Assembly (NCBI GenBank): GCA_965178125.1 | Contig: OZ237746.1 | Span: forward strand, 620,001-684,000 | Length of the DNA stretch: 64,000 nt | Direction of reading: 5' to 3' | Source of the DNA: Bilabrum cf. latius | Taxonomy: Eukaryota | Shown: in pieces, positions 24,101 through 36,289 of the stretch | Layout of the letters: each line of letters opens with the position of its first letter | Position numbering within the stretch: position 1 is the stretch's first letter | Notes under the pieces: generated by a model | What the model saw: only the letters and a program-made list of their open reading frames with translations | What the model was told of the DNA's origin: nothing | Databases searched by the model: none | Position numbers and translations under genes: made by a program

Positions 24101-24633
24101 ACAGCAACAAATCGAGAAGGAGGCATACAAATGTTAGCATGCAAGGAGGTTGCGTGGGGCTACGGTGCGATCACGGCACAGCAACAATGAAACGAAAAAT
24201 GCCTCACCTCGTCCTGGCTCCATTTGCTCCGATTCATAGGGGCGCTTCTGGGCTGTCTTGCCCGCTTTGGCGCCGGTGCGGGAGCCGGTGCCGGCGGCAT
24301 GGACACGATAGGGTTTGTACTTGACATATTCACTCCAGCTGGGCCGGTGCTGGTCCCGTTGGCTGCTTCCGCTGCGCTACCTCCGGTCGATTGCGCCGCC
24401 GCTTGTTTTCGCACGGCGTCAGCCGCGGCATCTTTTGCCATTTTTCTCGAAAACCCTTTCTAGACGAGAATTTCTTCGATCTACTACGCAGATACAGCCG
24501 GGCCAGTCGAGTCAGCGGCAGCTGCACTGGCAGAACCTGCGGATTGCCCCGAGGTCCCATCGCCCCCTGATCCAGCCGTCTAGTCGTTTCCTCCTGTTGC
24601 TGACGGGCCAGCGCCGTTTCCAGGAGCCGCCAT
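16778..24633 (-). CDS. Three-repeat (R1R2R3) MYB transcription factor, ~2550 aa; exons 24633-24208 and 24004-16778
   Basis: R1 KWSQDE|DDQLRRAV...RTDVQCLHRWQKVL, R2 KGPWTAEED...WSLIA-x-NLRGRLGKQCRERWYNHL, R3 KTPFSAEED...WAAIAQRIEGRTDNMLKNRYNS. A GT-AG intron at 24207-24005 splits R1 in phase 0. In-frame TAGs at 24580, 24484, 24481, 24460, 23786, 20648 and 20549; ends at TGA. The start could instead be ATG 24441. Confidence 0.85.
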
Positions 24634-25333
24634 GTATTGATCACGCCGGAATCACGAATTCTAGCTCGGTATCCACTTGGTGGTCTGCCTAACCTAGTTC
24701 CAGAGGTAGAATCTGCTTCCAACCGCAGCCTGGTGACGTTCCAGTCCGACTGCTCGAATCCAAGCAGCAGACCTGCCAAACTGGCCGCAAATGCTTAAAT
24801 ATACCAGAGACCTTCAGATTTGACGAAAAGACTCAGGATCTAGTCGATCTGGTGTCGAGGCGCAAAGCCTGATTGTCGGACGGCGGCCAACTGCTCTCAA
24901 GCGCCCTCCGGTCCGGTAAAAAATGCAGTGTTGGTTCCGTAGCACTCGAATGCGCGGCGCCGATAGTGTGCCGCTTGGCCGCTAACGATGAGCCAAGGGT
25001 GCCGAGACTCTTGCCCAAGAGTCCGTTATAACTCACCAAACTATGCTGAACATCCATAATTTATAACCTCGAGGCTTCTAGTTGCTACTCAGCAACGGTC
25101 TGGCAGATCCGATTGCGGCTTAGCGAAGATTTTCTGTGTGGTGTCGCCCCTACCAGCAATCACCCATTTCGCCCAAATCTCAATCAGTCAAGCTGCACGC
25201 AACACCTCGCTGATTCGGCCTCGTTACTCGCTCCTCCCTTCCTCGCGGGCGCACTAGATGAAACGTTCCTTAAGGTTCGTGCAGAACCCGTCGCCGTGGC
25301 GAGAATCAGCGAATCCACATACAGGGCTTAACC

Positions 25334-26548
25334 ATGGACGATTCCAGCTCGGCTTCCTCTGATTCTGGGGTAGGTATACAGCGCAACTTGCAAGGTAGAG
25401 AAAAGTTCAAGCGGAAAGGCGGTGATCAGCTCCCATAGAAGCGGTTCTTCAGGCAGAGGGCTCACGTAAATCCTCTGCATCAGAACGAACGGTACCCCCA
25501 CCCCCCTCGCCCAGATGAATTCAACTGGGGTTTGATGTACCCAGAAGCCATGAAGCAGCCTATGGCTCCCGCGGGAGCTTCATCCGAGCCTTCGGCTTCG
25601 GCTTCGAGCGCGGCCACGCCTGCAAGCGCTGGTGCCGATGGGAAAGCGATCTCGGATGGCCCTGAGAGCACCCCGATGGTTCGTGTCCTAGATGTTGGGT
25701 GCGGGTTCGGCGGACTGCTCTTTGGTTTGCTGCCGCACTCTGCACCCAGCGAGCTGTTGTGCGGGCTCGAGATCCGGCTCAAGGTCAGCGATTACGTCAG
25801 GCTTCGGATTCTTGCGGAGCGACGGCAGGGCAACAAGGGTGCTGAGCGGCTCGGTATCATCCGCACGAACGCGATGAAGTTCCTGCCAGCCTTTTTCCAG
25901 CCCAAGCAGCTGCGCAAGCTGTTCATCTGCTTCCCGGACCCCTACTTCAAGCGAAAGACGCATCCCCGGCGGATCGTGTCGCCCTCTCTCCTCTCGGACT
26001 ACGCGCACCTGCTGCAGCCGGGTGGCAGACTCTACACGGTGACGGACGTTGGCCCGCTCCACGGGTGGATGGCCCAGCATTTGGACGCTCATCCATCCTT
26101 CCGCAGATTGCCGGACGAGGAGGCTGAGAAAGACCCCTGCGTGGGGGTGATGCGGGAGTCCACGGAAGAGAGCAAGAAGGCCAGGAGGGAGGGGAGGGGG
26201 GCATGGGTGACGGTGCACGTGCGGCTAGACGACGCGGAGGCCAGGGCGGTTGCAACCTCACGGGCGATGGAGGGCGGGGGGGCGGCGTTCTGGGACGAGG
26301 ATGCGCTGGGCTCCTACGGCGGAGTGGCTGGGGGGGTGCAGAGCAAGGCGGAGGGGGACGGGGTGATGTCGGCTAAGGGCTGCAGCCGGCTGTCGCACAT
26401 CCACAGCCAGAAAAAGAAGAAGACAAAGCAGCCCGATAGCGAGCAGAAGAAGCAAGCTGCAGCGGGAAAACCGGCAGCCGATGGGGATGGATAGGCTGCC
26501 ATGGATGGTGGGGAAGAGGGGGATGCTGCGACGGGTGGAGGCACGTGA
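25334..26548 (+). CDS. TRM8: tRNA (guanine-N7)-methyltransferase, Trm8/METTL1, ~404 aa
   Basis: LP-x-KRFFRQRAHVNP, LDVGCGFGGLL, GLEIR, NAMKFLP, CFPDPYFK and TEESKK motifs. TAG at 25436 lies inside the N-terminal motif and another is at 26492; ends at TGA 26546-26548. Confidence 0.92.
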
Positions 26549-26949
26549 GCGGGCCATTCTCGCATCGTCGCGTTTTTGAGGTTCGATACAGGTTCGTTAG
26601 GAACGTCAGGGAATTCCAAATTGCTCACCGGCGTATTTTGATTCGTTACCAGCACCCTATTTTGCATGAACTATATGAGTGGGTATATTTAGGATTGAGG
26701 TATCTCGTAGGCCGGTAAGGTATTGGTAGTGTGCCCAATATAGGATGTAATTCCCGGGCTAGATTGCACAGTTGCACCTTCCAGTTATTTGTCCATCACT
26801 TGCATGTGCAAGCCGTCTGGCTGTATGCGTTACAATCAAACGGAATATACTTGTATGTAGGGGGATTTTCGATTTGGAAGTATCATGATTTTCTCTTCAG
26901 AGTTGCAATCCATACGCAGGCTGCCAAGCGTTTGCGGGGTTCTTTCACC

Positions 26950-29900
26950 ATGGCTGCAGCGATGGTGCTGGAACCTGATCCCGCTGATTCTGCCGAAAAC
27001 ACGTCCACTGTACGATTGCTAAAGCCATCTGGCACTGGACTGCCTGCTTGGAGAAGTGCGATTCTGCGAGGTCGCAAGGCGGGAAAGGTAGCGCAAACGC
27101 AGGTGAAGGGCCGGGCCGCTCCTTCCAGGAAATCTGCTGGCTCAAAGCAGAAGCGAACCCTTGAGGGCGCATCCAAACGCCGCCCCATCCTGCACGCGGG
27201 ACCCATTAGTAGTTCCGGTGCGGCTGGCTAGAGCCGCAGCACCGCACGGGCCTCGCACGGTGGTGCGGCGCAGGCTACCTCTGATTCGAACCCACAGGCG
27301 GTTGAGCCGGGCACAGGTACCGATGTCTCAAGCAATCCCATCGCTCTTGATTCGTCGCATGCAGCTGCCGCAGCGGTCGCATCACCATCAGGCAGTCGCT
27401 CAGACTCAGCCATGGCCAGCCCAGGTGGTGCTGAGTCTAGCCCGAGCCCATCCAAGAGCAAGTCGGTGTGGGTGCGGGCAGCGGTGCGGGCCGCACAGTC
27501 GCCCATGCTCGTCCGACCAAAGACCGTGTAGCGGGCTGCTATTGCTGCTGCAGGGAAAGGGTATGCCGAAAAGCCCGGCGAAAGCAATCAAGGAGCAGAG
27601 GTGTCTCCTCCCCGGGTGTCCAGCTCCCAGAATGGGAGGAATGGCACTGCCAGTGGCACCGGGCAAGAGAATGTCGATGCCCGCAATTCTGACGCAGGCT
27701 CCTCGCTTGTTGCTCGAGGACTGGAGCCATCGTGGACGCCTGGCGTGCTGCGTGATGGTCACGAGCCTGCACCGAGCCTGCCTGCGTCCACACAGCCACA
27801 GCAGCAGCCAGTCGTCGGCAGCGCGGCCTCTACCAGTGGCAAGCGCGAAGCTGACGCTGACCTAGCGTATGGCGCTGCAGGTTCGATGATTCCGAGCATG
27901 CAGGAGCTGGCAGCTGCCCTTCAGCTGGGAATGGAAGGCGACGGTGAAGCTGCCATGATCGGTTTGACGGGGATGGTGCTGGAGGCGGACGGGGAGGCTG
28001 CGCGGGCGCAGGCGCGGCTCAAGCGACTCAGGAAGCAGGAGAGGAGGGAGAGGAGAAGGGAGCTCTTGGAGAAACACGGCCTGGGGCCGGGTGTCGGTGC
28101 ATCGCTGGCGGCGGCAGAGGCCAAGTCCTCCCGCGGGTCGCGGCGACACATGCAGTCGGGGCAGGGGGGGGGCAAGGCGGGCCGGTCGCCCTCCATTGCC
28201 TCTGTCGGGTCGGAGAGGGGCCTCCTGAGGAATGGTAAGATCGGACTCGGAGTCGGAATCGGGGATGGTGGTGCCGGTGTGACGAGTGAGGCGGGGTATG
28301 CCTCGGACGCTGTGCTGTTCCAGAGGCACGAGCGACGCGCCCGCGCAGCCCGGCGGCAGGAGCAATTGAGGAGCAGGAGGCTTGCCTCTGGCGCCGGTGT
28401 GACGAGTGAGGGTGCCGGTGGGTGGGCGGTGTGCGGGTATCAGGAGGTGGATGGCGGGAGCGTGTCGGGGCGCTCTGTGGGAGGGCGCAGGCGACGCAGG
28501 AGCGGGCTCGGACTCGGGCTGGGGAGCGGGAGCGGGGTGGGACCAATGGGGCTGCTTCGGCGTGGCCGATCGGCGGAGGAGACCATGATGGGCGGTGCTG
28601 CCAGCGGGGGACATGGGTCCGACTTTGACCGGGGCAGCGTGGGGGTGGGCGGGCGCGGCAGGGGTGGCTGGTCCTCATCGGAGGGAGGGAACAGTGCACT
28701 GCATGGCGGTGCCAGCCAGTCCTCGTCGGATGACACGGCTGGGTACCAGAGGGACGGGGAGGAGGAAGAGGAGGGCGGTGAGGAGAAAGGCGCGTCTGCA
28801 AATCGGGTGCCCGGGCCAGGTGCCGGTCGGTCTGACCTCGGTGTCGACGCAGCGAATGCTGGGAGTGATGGTGTGACGAGCGAATCATCGTCGGGATGGT
28901 CGGACGAGGAAGAAGGGTAGGGGGCGCTGGGGGCGGGCCACGGACCGCAAAGAAGCTCAATTACATCCCCGAGCGTGAGTTCCCTCCGCAGCCCGGGCGG
29001 GGGGCCCATGCCATCGCTGGGTGTGGGCATCCCCTTGGCTGTGGGGCTCGGGGCATCGCCGGCACGTAGCCGCAGGCAGTCCAGCATCGACAAGCAAAAT
29101 GTGTCGCCCGGTCGTGTTGCTCTGGATTTCGCTGAGAAGAGGACATCAACCGCAGATGCTGGCCCTGTCACACCGGAGCAAAGGGGGAACGCACGTACTG
29201 ACCCCCACGAAAATCGGGGCAGTCGTGACCCCGCCGAGGGGTCCAGGCACCACCACATCCAGTTCCTGTCTAGACTACCCCAAGGGTAGCGCAGGTCCGC
29301 GCCTGACCTCGGGGCACTAGCCAGTGCCGGATCGCTCTAGGGCAGTGCAGCCCGAGGCGGACCCAAGCACGGCCGCTCTCCTAGCAAGCTGGTGGGTAGT
29401 GGCAGCCGAACGAACATGCCAGGCGATAATGGGGATGCGGGCAAGCCAGCGTCTGCTGCTAATGGTGCACTTAGAGGAAACGATCTAGCACTAGGCAGCC
29501 GACAGCCACTCTCACTCGCCATGTCGCTGTCTCCGGAGAGGAAACCCCTCAGTAGGCATGCCAGCCATCGATAGTTGGATACGGGCGGCAGCCCTGGCAG
29601 CCCCACCGCACGCCGCATGTCTCTTGGATCTCTCCTGCACGGGGGGGGCGGGAGTGCCGGGCTGCATGACGACGACGCTCACGGCGAGGGCGGGCTGCTG
29701 CTGGCTCCAGCCAGGAGCAAGAAAGCGAACCAGCAGGCCAGGCAGTCCCGCAAGCAGCAGCGACAGAAGGAGAAGCAAGATGAGCGCTCGCTGGACAGCA
29801 GCGCTATAGCCTTTCTGGTGGAGCCCAGCAACTAGACGGGGGCGGTCACTGTGCTAGTGGACGATGATCAGGACGTCGAAAGGCAGCAGCACGGCGGCAT

Positions 29901-32900
29901 CGCGAGTCAAGGGGAGGCAGGGAGCCCGGGTGACCCGAGCCACCATGGCCAGTCGCCGGCCGGGGAACGGGAACACGCGGCGCAAGGCCTGGCCCGGCCT
30001 CGTGATGGCGCGCCGCCAGCAGTGGTATCGCCTCCCACAGCAGCACCAGTGCTGAACGCATCGGGCGGCACTGTCGTCTCCCAGGTCGGTGCGGCAGCAC
30101 GCGCGAGCGAGGGCAAAGACTCCACGGGTGGATCGACAGAGGGCGGGGCGGGCGATGACTCGGGCAGCTCCTCTGGCCTCCGGTGGCTCTTCACGGGCCT
30201 GGAGGAGGAAGAGAAGCAGCTGGCCGCGGGGGAGGAAGAGAAGCTCGGGCATGGCGGTGGGGGCATCGGGTCGCTTCGCAGCCCGCTGGGCTCCGCTGGC
30301 GGGAGCGGAGGCAGGCTGCGATCGAGGGAGAGGGCGGGCGTCGTCAGGAGCCGACGGACCATGCGAGGCAGAGGCAGAGAGGGGCTGAGGCGGGGCCGGA
30401 GCAGCACAGGGTACCAGGCAAAGAGTCGCGGCGGCGGCGTCGGAGGCAGGAAAGGCGGGGCGGCGCGGCGGCCAGCTCGCGGGTCGAGAGGTCTGCGGGG
30501 GCTGCTGGACGAGGACGGGTCCGCTGCCTTCAGGGTCAGACAGGGCGGGATGAGGACATCGGACGTGCTGGGGCGGCTGGAAGCCCGCATGGGGGAGTCG
30601 CCTCCCGTGCAGGGGTCTAGCGGGGTGTCCCCGAAACTGTAGGGGTCCGCCGGTGGTGCTATCCCCGGGATGGGCCTGTATCGCGCGTCCAGTGCCCCAG
30701 TGGATTCCCCCGTCTCGACCATGGTGCCTCTCTCCCTGGCGGCTGGAGCTGATTTCGGGCTGAGCGCGGCACGGTCTGCAGCGGATCATTTCCCGCAGCT
30801 GGTTGAGCTGGCGGGCAAGGCAGCCAGGCAGCGGGCCCAGCGGCTGCGGTCGTCTAGGAATCGCGGCGGGATGGGGTCGGTGCTCGCTGCCGTGCGGGCC
30901 TCGATGGGGGGAGACGGGGAGGTGAACAGTCCCCGCGCTGGGGTCAAGGGCAGGGGTGGGCGCGGGGTGAGGGCCCGCAGATCTCGCTTGCCCGGCGCTG
31001 GTTTCCTGCGGCGGTCCCTGTCAGATGGCGCAGCGGTGACGGACGAGTCCGGGTCATCGTCGGAGGAGGGTGAGGGTCCGGACGGCTGGGGTTCGGACGA
31101 GAAGCGGGTGCTGCCCGGGTCTGCTTTCCGATCCGAGGCTTGGGCGGGGGCTCCGTTCCTGTCCCCTTCGTCTGCAAGGCACCCCGGGTCGCCGGGCGCC
31201 CCACCCGTCCGGCGCACGGGCGTCTCCAGCCCGGCTGCACCCTCCCCGCTCTCAGGGGATCCCCCGGGGGAGGGGCGCGCTGCCCGTCGTGGGGACGATT
31301 CCTGGGTGGGTCCTCGGTCCCTCGTGCTCCCGCCGGGTGTAGGCGCCGCGGGTACAGAGGAGGGTGAGGCGTCTCCTGGTTCCGCTGGTGCCCGGGGGCT
31401 GGGTCCGGCAGCAGCTCCCGGTGGCTGGGACGACAGCGAAACATCCGAGGAGGAGGGCGGCCACACGAGGCGCAGAGCACCGGATGGCCGCAGGCTGCCG
31501 CGGGTGGCTCGTGGGCCAGGGGATGATGTGATGAGTGACTCGACAGCCGCCATCGTCGGTCGGCCGTCTGGGATCAGGCGAGCCAGGAGCGACGGGCTGG
31601 GACTGGGCGTGCGCGCCGCGTCTGCGCTGCGGATGGGTGACAGCAGTGCAGTGCACCTGCGCGCTGCGGCTACAAGCAGCGAAGAAGAGGCCGGTAGCGG
31701 CGACGGGGGCAGCGGGAGCGGGAGCGGGAGCGATGCGATGGGTCGGGGTAGAGCAGGGGGGAGCCAGCGCAGGCAGAGGCAGAGGCAGAGACGCAGCCGG
31801 CTGGGCTCCGCTGCTGTGCTGATGGCACCACCCGGGCTGATGGCCATCCGACCGCCGTCATCCTCCTCCCCCTCCCAGCCCCTCTCTGCTGCAATGGCCG
31901 GGTCTGATGGGGAGCAGCCCGGCGTATCGTGGGTATCTAGGGCGGGCAACAGGCAGGAGCGGGACATGGGCCAGATGCACGGGCGAGGCAGGGGCAGGGA
32001 CGGGCCTGCGCGCATCAACGAGCCGGTCTTCGGCAGCGCGACGCAAGGCAGCCTTCACTTGATTCGATCTATCAGCGACGGCGGTGCTGGGCTCCAGGGA
32101 CCGGGCGCTGCCTCCCCGCTGGATGCAGCCCGTGTGACGAGTCGGTGGATCGAGGCACCAGTGCCGCTGAGCCCCGATTCTCCCCACTCCACCGGTGGAT
32201 CCAGCCCGGGCACGCCGGGCGGCAGCAGCACACCGGGCGGTGGTCGCGCGAGGTCCCGCGCCCCGATGGACGGGAGCGGCCCCGTGAGCCTGCCTTCTCC
32301 GTATTCACCGCCATTGCGACCCGTCCGACGGCTGGGTCTCGTAGGCAGGCACGGAGATGGAAGCGGCCGAAGGGCACAGCAGGGCCCTTCCAGCAAGCTG
32401 GGTAGGGAGTCTACCGTTGGCCGTAGGACGAGCCGAGGGAGCCGTGGGTCGTCTGAAGGGAACTCATCGCCTGCCGCTTCAGGCGGCAGCGGCTCCCCGG
32501 GGCGAGAGAGGAACCGTGCATCGAGCTATGCGTCGGGTCAGCACAGCGACACCTCTCCGCAGGAGCGGGTGAACCGGGATCAAAACGGGGAGGGAATCCC
32601 CCTGGGGCAAGTTGGGGTCAGTGAGGACGCACTGTCGCCCGTCCCCAAGATGCCGCCTCTGACCCTGGACGATGCAGGGGACACTGCCATGGAGGGGAAC
32701 ACAGCCGAATTGCTAGAGGATCTACCCCCATCGGAAGAGCAGGCCCCTGTAGATCCACGCTAGCCTGAGTCGCCCCGTTCACCCCCTGACCGTCGCCGAA
32801 GGGTCAGCCCGCCGGATGGTGACATGGACGTCCTGCCCCCTGCGCTGGACCTGGGAGCCCCTGCGACCCCGGAGAGGGTCCCCATTGCGGGGTCATCCGA

Positions 32901-34712
32901 GGGAGACTTGCAGGCCACCACCGGGCACGATGATGCCATTGCTGGCTCGAATGGCAGCGATGCGGCGGCTAGCCCCTCTAGCCGAGGTGATCGCACGAAG
33001 CAGCCGCAGCAGGATTCGCAGCAACACAGCCTCGGCACACCAGAGCGAGGCGGTCTTTTCAACGAGCAGCAGCAGCATCCGGGGCGATCACAGAGCGCTG
33101 AACATTCCAACGAGGAAGAAGGAGACGTCGCCCCTCCCAAGGGCTCCCTCCTCGCTGAGCTTCTCGCCGCTGGTGATATCGCGCCCTACGATGCCACAGT
33201 CGCAGCTTCAGATGCCGCAGAAGCCGTGGTGTCTGACAAGGAAATTGAGCCCTTGCCTGCCTCTGAATTTGCGGGGGGGATAGACCTCGACGGCGAAAGG
33301 ATCGCTTCGGGCGAGGCACCGGTGACTGTGACTGCCTCACCTGTCAGCTTCGAGGAGCGGGCCGCGTCCACAAGCGCGGCGGGCGGCGAGGCCGAGTCTG
33401 GCGAGGCGGCCATGGGGGAGCGGATCCAGGTGACTGCCACCCTGGTGCAGCACCTGTACGCTGCGATCTTCCCCAATGGGGAGATGGCGGACGGCCTAGG
33501 GTGGTCGACAGAGGGCGGTGTGCCGCTGGCCGGGCAGCAGGGCGGTTGGCAGGAGCAGGGGCAGGAGCAGGTGTACGATTACGAGGGCTAGCAGTCGTCA
33601 GACTGGGGGGGCTTTTAGGACTGCTCTGCAGGGGATGAAGAGGATACGGAGTGGGGCGGGGCTGTAGGTGCTGATGGCCATCGTGGTGCATCAGCCGGGG
33701 GAATGGGAGGGCTGTTAGGGGCGGCAGATGTGGCGCAGCAGCACGGGTGGAGCTAGGGTGACGATGGTATAGGAAACGACGGTGCTCCTGCTAGCAGCAA
33801 CGATGTACCGCCAGCAATGCCATCAAGCGCTGACGAAGAACAGCAGCACGAGCGCCAGCACGACCGTGTCGACGAGGTGGAAAGCGACCTCACAGGCAGC
33901 AGGACCAACCCTCAGGACCAGCCGGATGCAGATCACTCGTCACACATTCACGAGGGATCTGCGAATTCATCACACCACCAAGAATCGGTTGTGGACTCTG
34001 GAACTGACTCTGGATCTGTCGGCACGTCGCCTAGGTCACCTGACGGCGGTGGCAGGCGGCGAGCGAGGACAGAGAGCATCGGCAACGAGGCAGAGCTGAT
34101 GATGCTCACCCAGGATCCGGGGTGTCTAGAAGCAGTTCCCGAAGGAGATACTCAGCAGGGCGTTTAGGCACCATGCGCTGCAGAAGGTGCATCGAACACG
34201 GTCGGAAATGCCAGCCTCGACGGCGATCTACCGCGAGTGGGTACTGAGCATGTATACCAAGCCACCAGAGTCACGACAGATGGTGACAACGGCGAGATGC
34301 ATGTCGCAGGCGGCAGCAGTGACACCACAGGACGTGGGCCATCCGGGCTGCGAGTGGTAGCGCCAGCAGCGGGTTCCCAATCCCCCAAGGGAGAAGAAGG
34401 GGAAGAGGGGTTGTATGGGGAGGCTCGGCTGCCCAGTCCGAACACGTTTGGTGCCGCTCTTCTCGGTGGGGCCATGGCGGTCGGAGGTGATGCGTTCGGT
34501 GGCGAGAGCGATTGTGTAGTTGATGGTGAGACGGATGGCCAGTGCAGCCCAGGGGCGCAGGCGGGTGGGATCGGCGGGTTTTTCCAGCCAGACGAGGCGG
34601 GTGAGGAATCGGGGCGAGCCCATGGTGGAAACCAGCAAGGGGACTGGGGCAGTGGCGCGGACAACGAGCAGGACCAGCAGGATAAATACGATGATGAAGC
34701 AGAAGAGGAAGA

Positions 34713-34745
<33 letters not shown>

Positions 34746-36153
34746 GGAGGAGGAGGAGGAGGAGGACGATGAATACCAGCACGATAGCACCTCCCCTGGC
34801 CCCATCTTCGACTTTCTCGCCGGGGAAATGGCAGGTGTAGCAGCAGAGGATGGCGCCGATTCGTTCGTGCACGTCGTGGAAGCATCCCCTTCTCTTGTGC
34901 CCCAGACCTCGCCCGTGCTCAGCGGGATGGGCCCTCCCGGCTCCGGGTCCATGGGGGGTTCCAGCTCCGGATCCGCGAGCGTGCTTGTTCCCTCGCAGGG
35001 GTTCTGGGAGCACTTGTGCCGGCGTGTGGTGCCCCGGTGGGTGTGGGAGTGCCTGGCGGACGAGGAGACAGGCATGACCTGCCGGCTGCGGGCACTCGTC
35101 GCATCCATCCGTGGGTTGCCCGTGGCCCGGTATTTCCTCGCCAAGGCCCTGGTGGAGGCCTCGTACGACCACCTGGAGGCCTTCCTCGAGAGCTTGAGGA
35201 GGTCTGGGAGGGGCCACCGGAACAAGCGGACCGGCGATAAGGGGCGCGGGCCACCGTCGGCCTCCAATTACGATTCCGATGGGGCGGGTGGCAGTGCAGG
35301 GGCCAGTGCAGGGGGCGCGAAGAAGAGGCACAGAGGCAGGTATGACATCGGGTTCGGGCCGCTTCCGGGGCTGGGACTCGGGCCCGGTGTTGGATTCGGA
35401 GCCGGAATGGGACCCGGTGCGGGTGCGGGCGCGGGCGCGGAAAATCCTTCCGCTCCGGGGGGCGATGTGAGTGCGTCGCCTCGGCTGCAGCCGGGTGTGG
35501 CGGGGGCGCTGGGTGCCCGAGGCACGCGGTTTCTGGTGGGCACGCTGCAGGACAACGGCGAGGCCCTGGTGGATCTGGCCGTGCCCTTTGCGGGTGCACT
35601 GCACGACGATTGCGCGGGTCTCACCCCTGAATCTCCCCCCGGCACGGCTGCGTGGCTGACCGGCCTGGTAAACCTGGTGGCGCGTGCACTCGTGTACCTG
35701 GCCCGCGTGCGTCCGCTTCTCGACGACAGGCAGGACGATCTGGGGGCCTCGTTGGCCAAGCTGGTGGAGGCCCGGCCTGAGGAGGGTCCCGCTGTGCTCC
35801 GGATGCTGCTGCAGGCTTGGCCCAAGAGGGACGGGACGAGGGAAGTGGCGTGGCTTCGGCTGACGCGGCAGGTGCTGCTGACTTGCCAGGCACCCATCGT
35901 GTGCGGGCATGCCGTAAGGGTTCGGATGATGTTGCAGCTTGTGCGTTGCTGTTGGAGCGAGCACGCGGCCGTGGCGCTTGGGGCGTGCGAGGTGCTGAGC
36001 AGCGTTTACTGCTTGATGTACTATGTTGTGCCCTTTGACGACACGCGCAAGCCGTTGCTGGATGCGCTGGGAAAGAACAAGACCCACTGGTGCGAGCCGG
36101 TGCGGCGGGAGAGCGAGAAACTCTTCGAGCTTTTGCTGGACAACATGGGGTGA
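26950..36153 (+). CDS. Giant (~3067 aa) mostly low-complexity protein with a divergent C-terminal PP2A B56/B'-like domain
   Basis: Ten track ORFs share one frame and are separated only by TAG (27229, 27529, 28918, 29287, 29338, 29572, 29833, 30640, 32761, 33589, 33616, 33754, 34165). The C-terminus LLQAWPKRDGTREVAWL, QLVRCCWSEHAAVA, KTHWCEPVR resembles B56 LLKYWPK...KEVMFL, QLAKCVSSPHFQVA, KTHWNKTI from memory. Confidence 0.75.
34720..34764 (+). repeat. (GAG)15 trinucleotide run encoding poly-Glu
   Basis: Directly visible. Confidence 0.9.
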
Positions 36154-36289
36154 CTATGATACTATCCTATGCAGGTGCTGTGCGTCATGCGGTGTACCCT
36201 GCTTACAAGCGCTTGCAATTGAAAATATCTAAATAGAAAAAGTTCAGGGATCGCTGTCTGCCATACTTAAAATGTCACCAGCAACCGAT

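Noticed and set aside
25006-25023. Short hairpin GACTCTT-GCCC-AAGAGTC in the MYB/TRM8 intergenic region
   Set aside because: A 7-bp stem is expected by chance in 64 kb and there is no other support.
26575-26610. GGTTCGAT T-loop-like word as a possible suppressor tRNA(CUA)
   Set aside because: No flanking T-stem, acceptor stem or anticodon arm could be folded. I saw no tRNA gene in this window.
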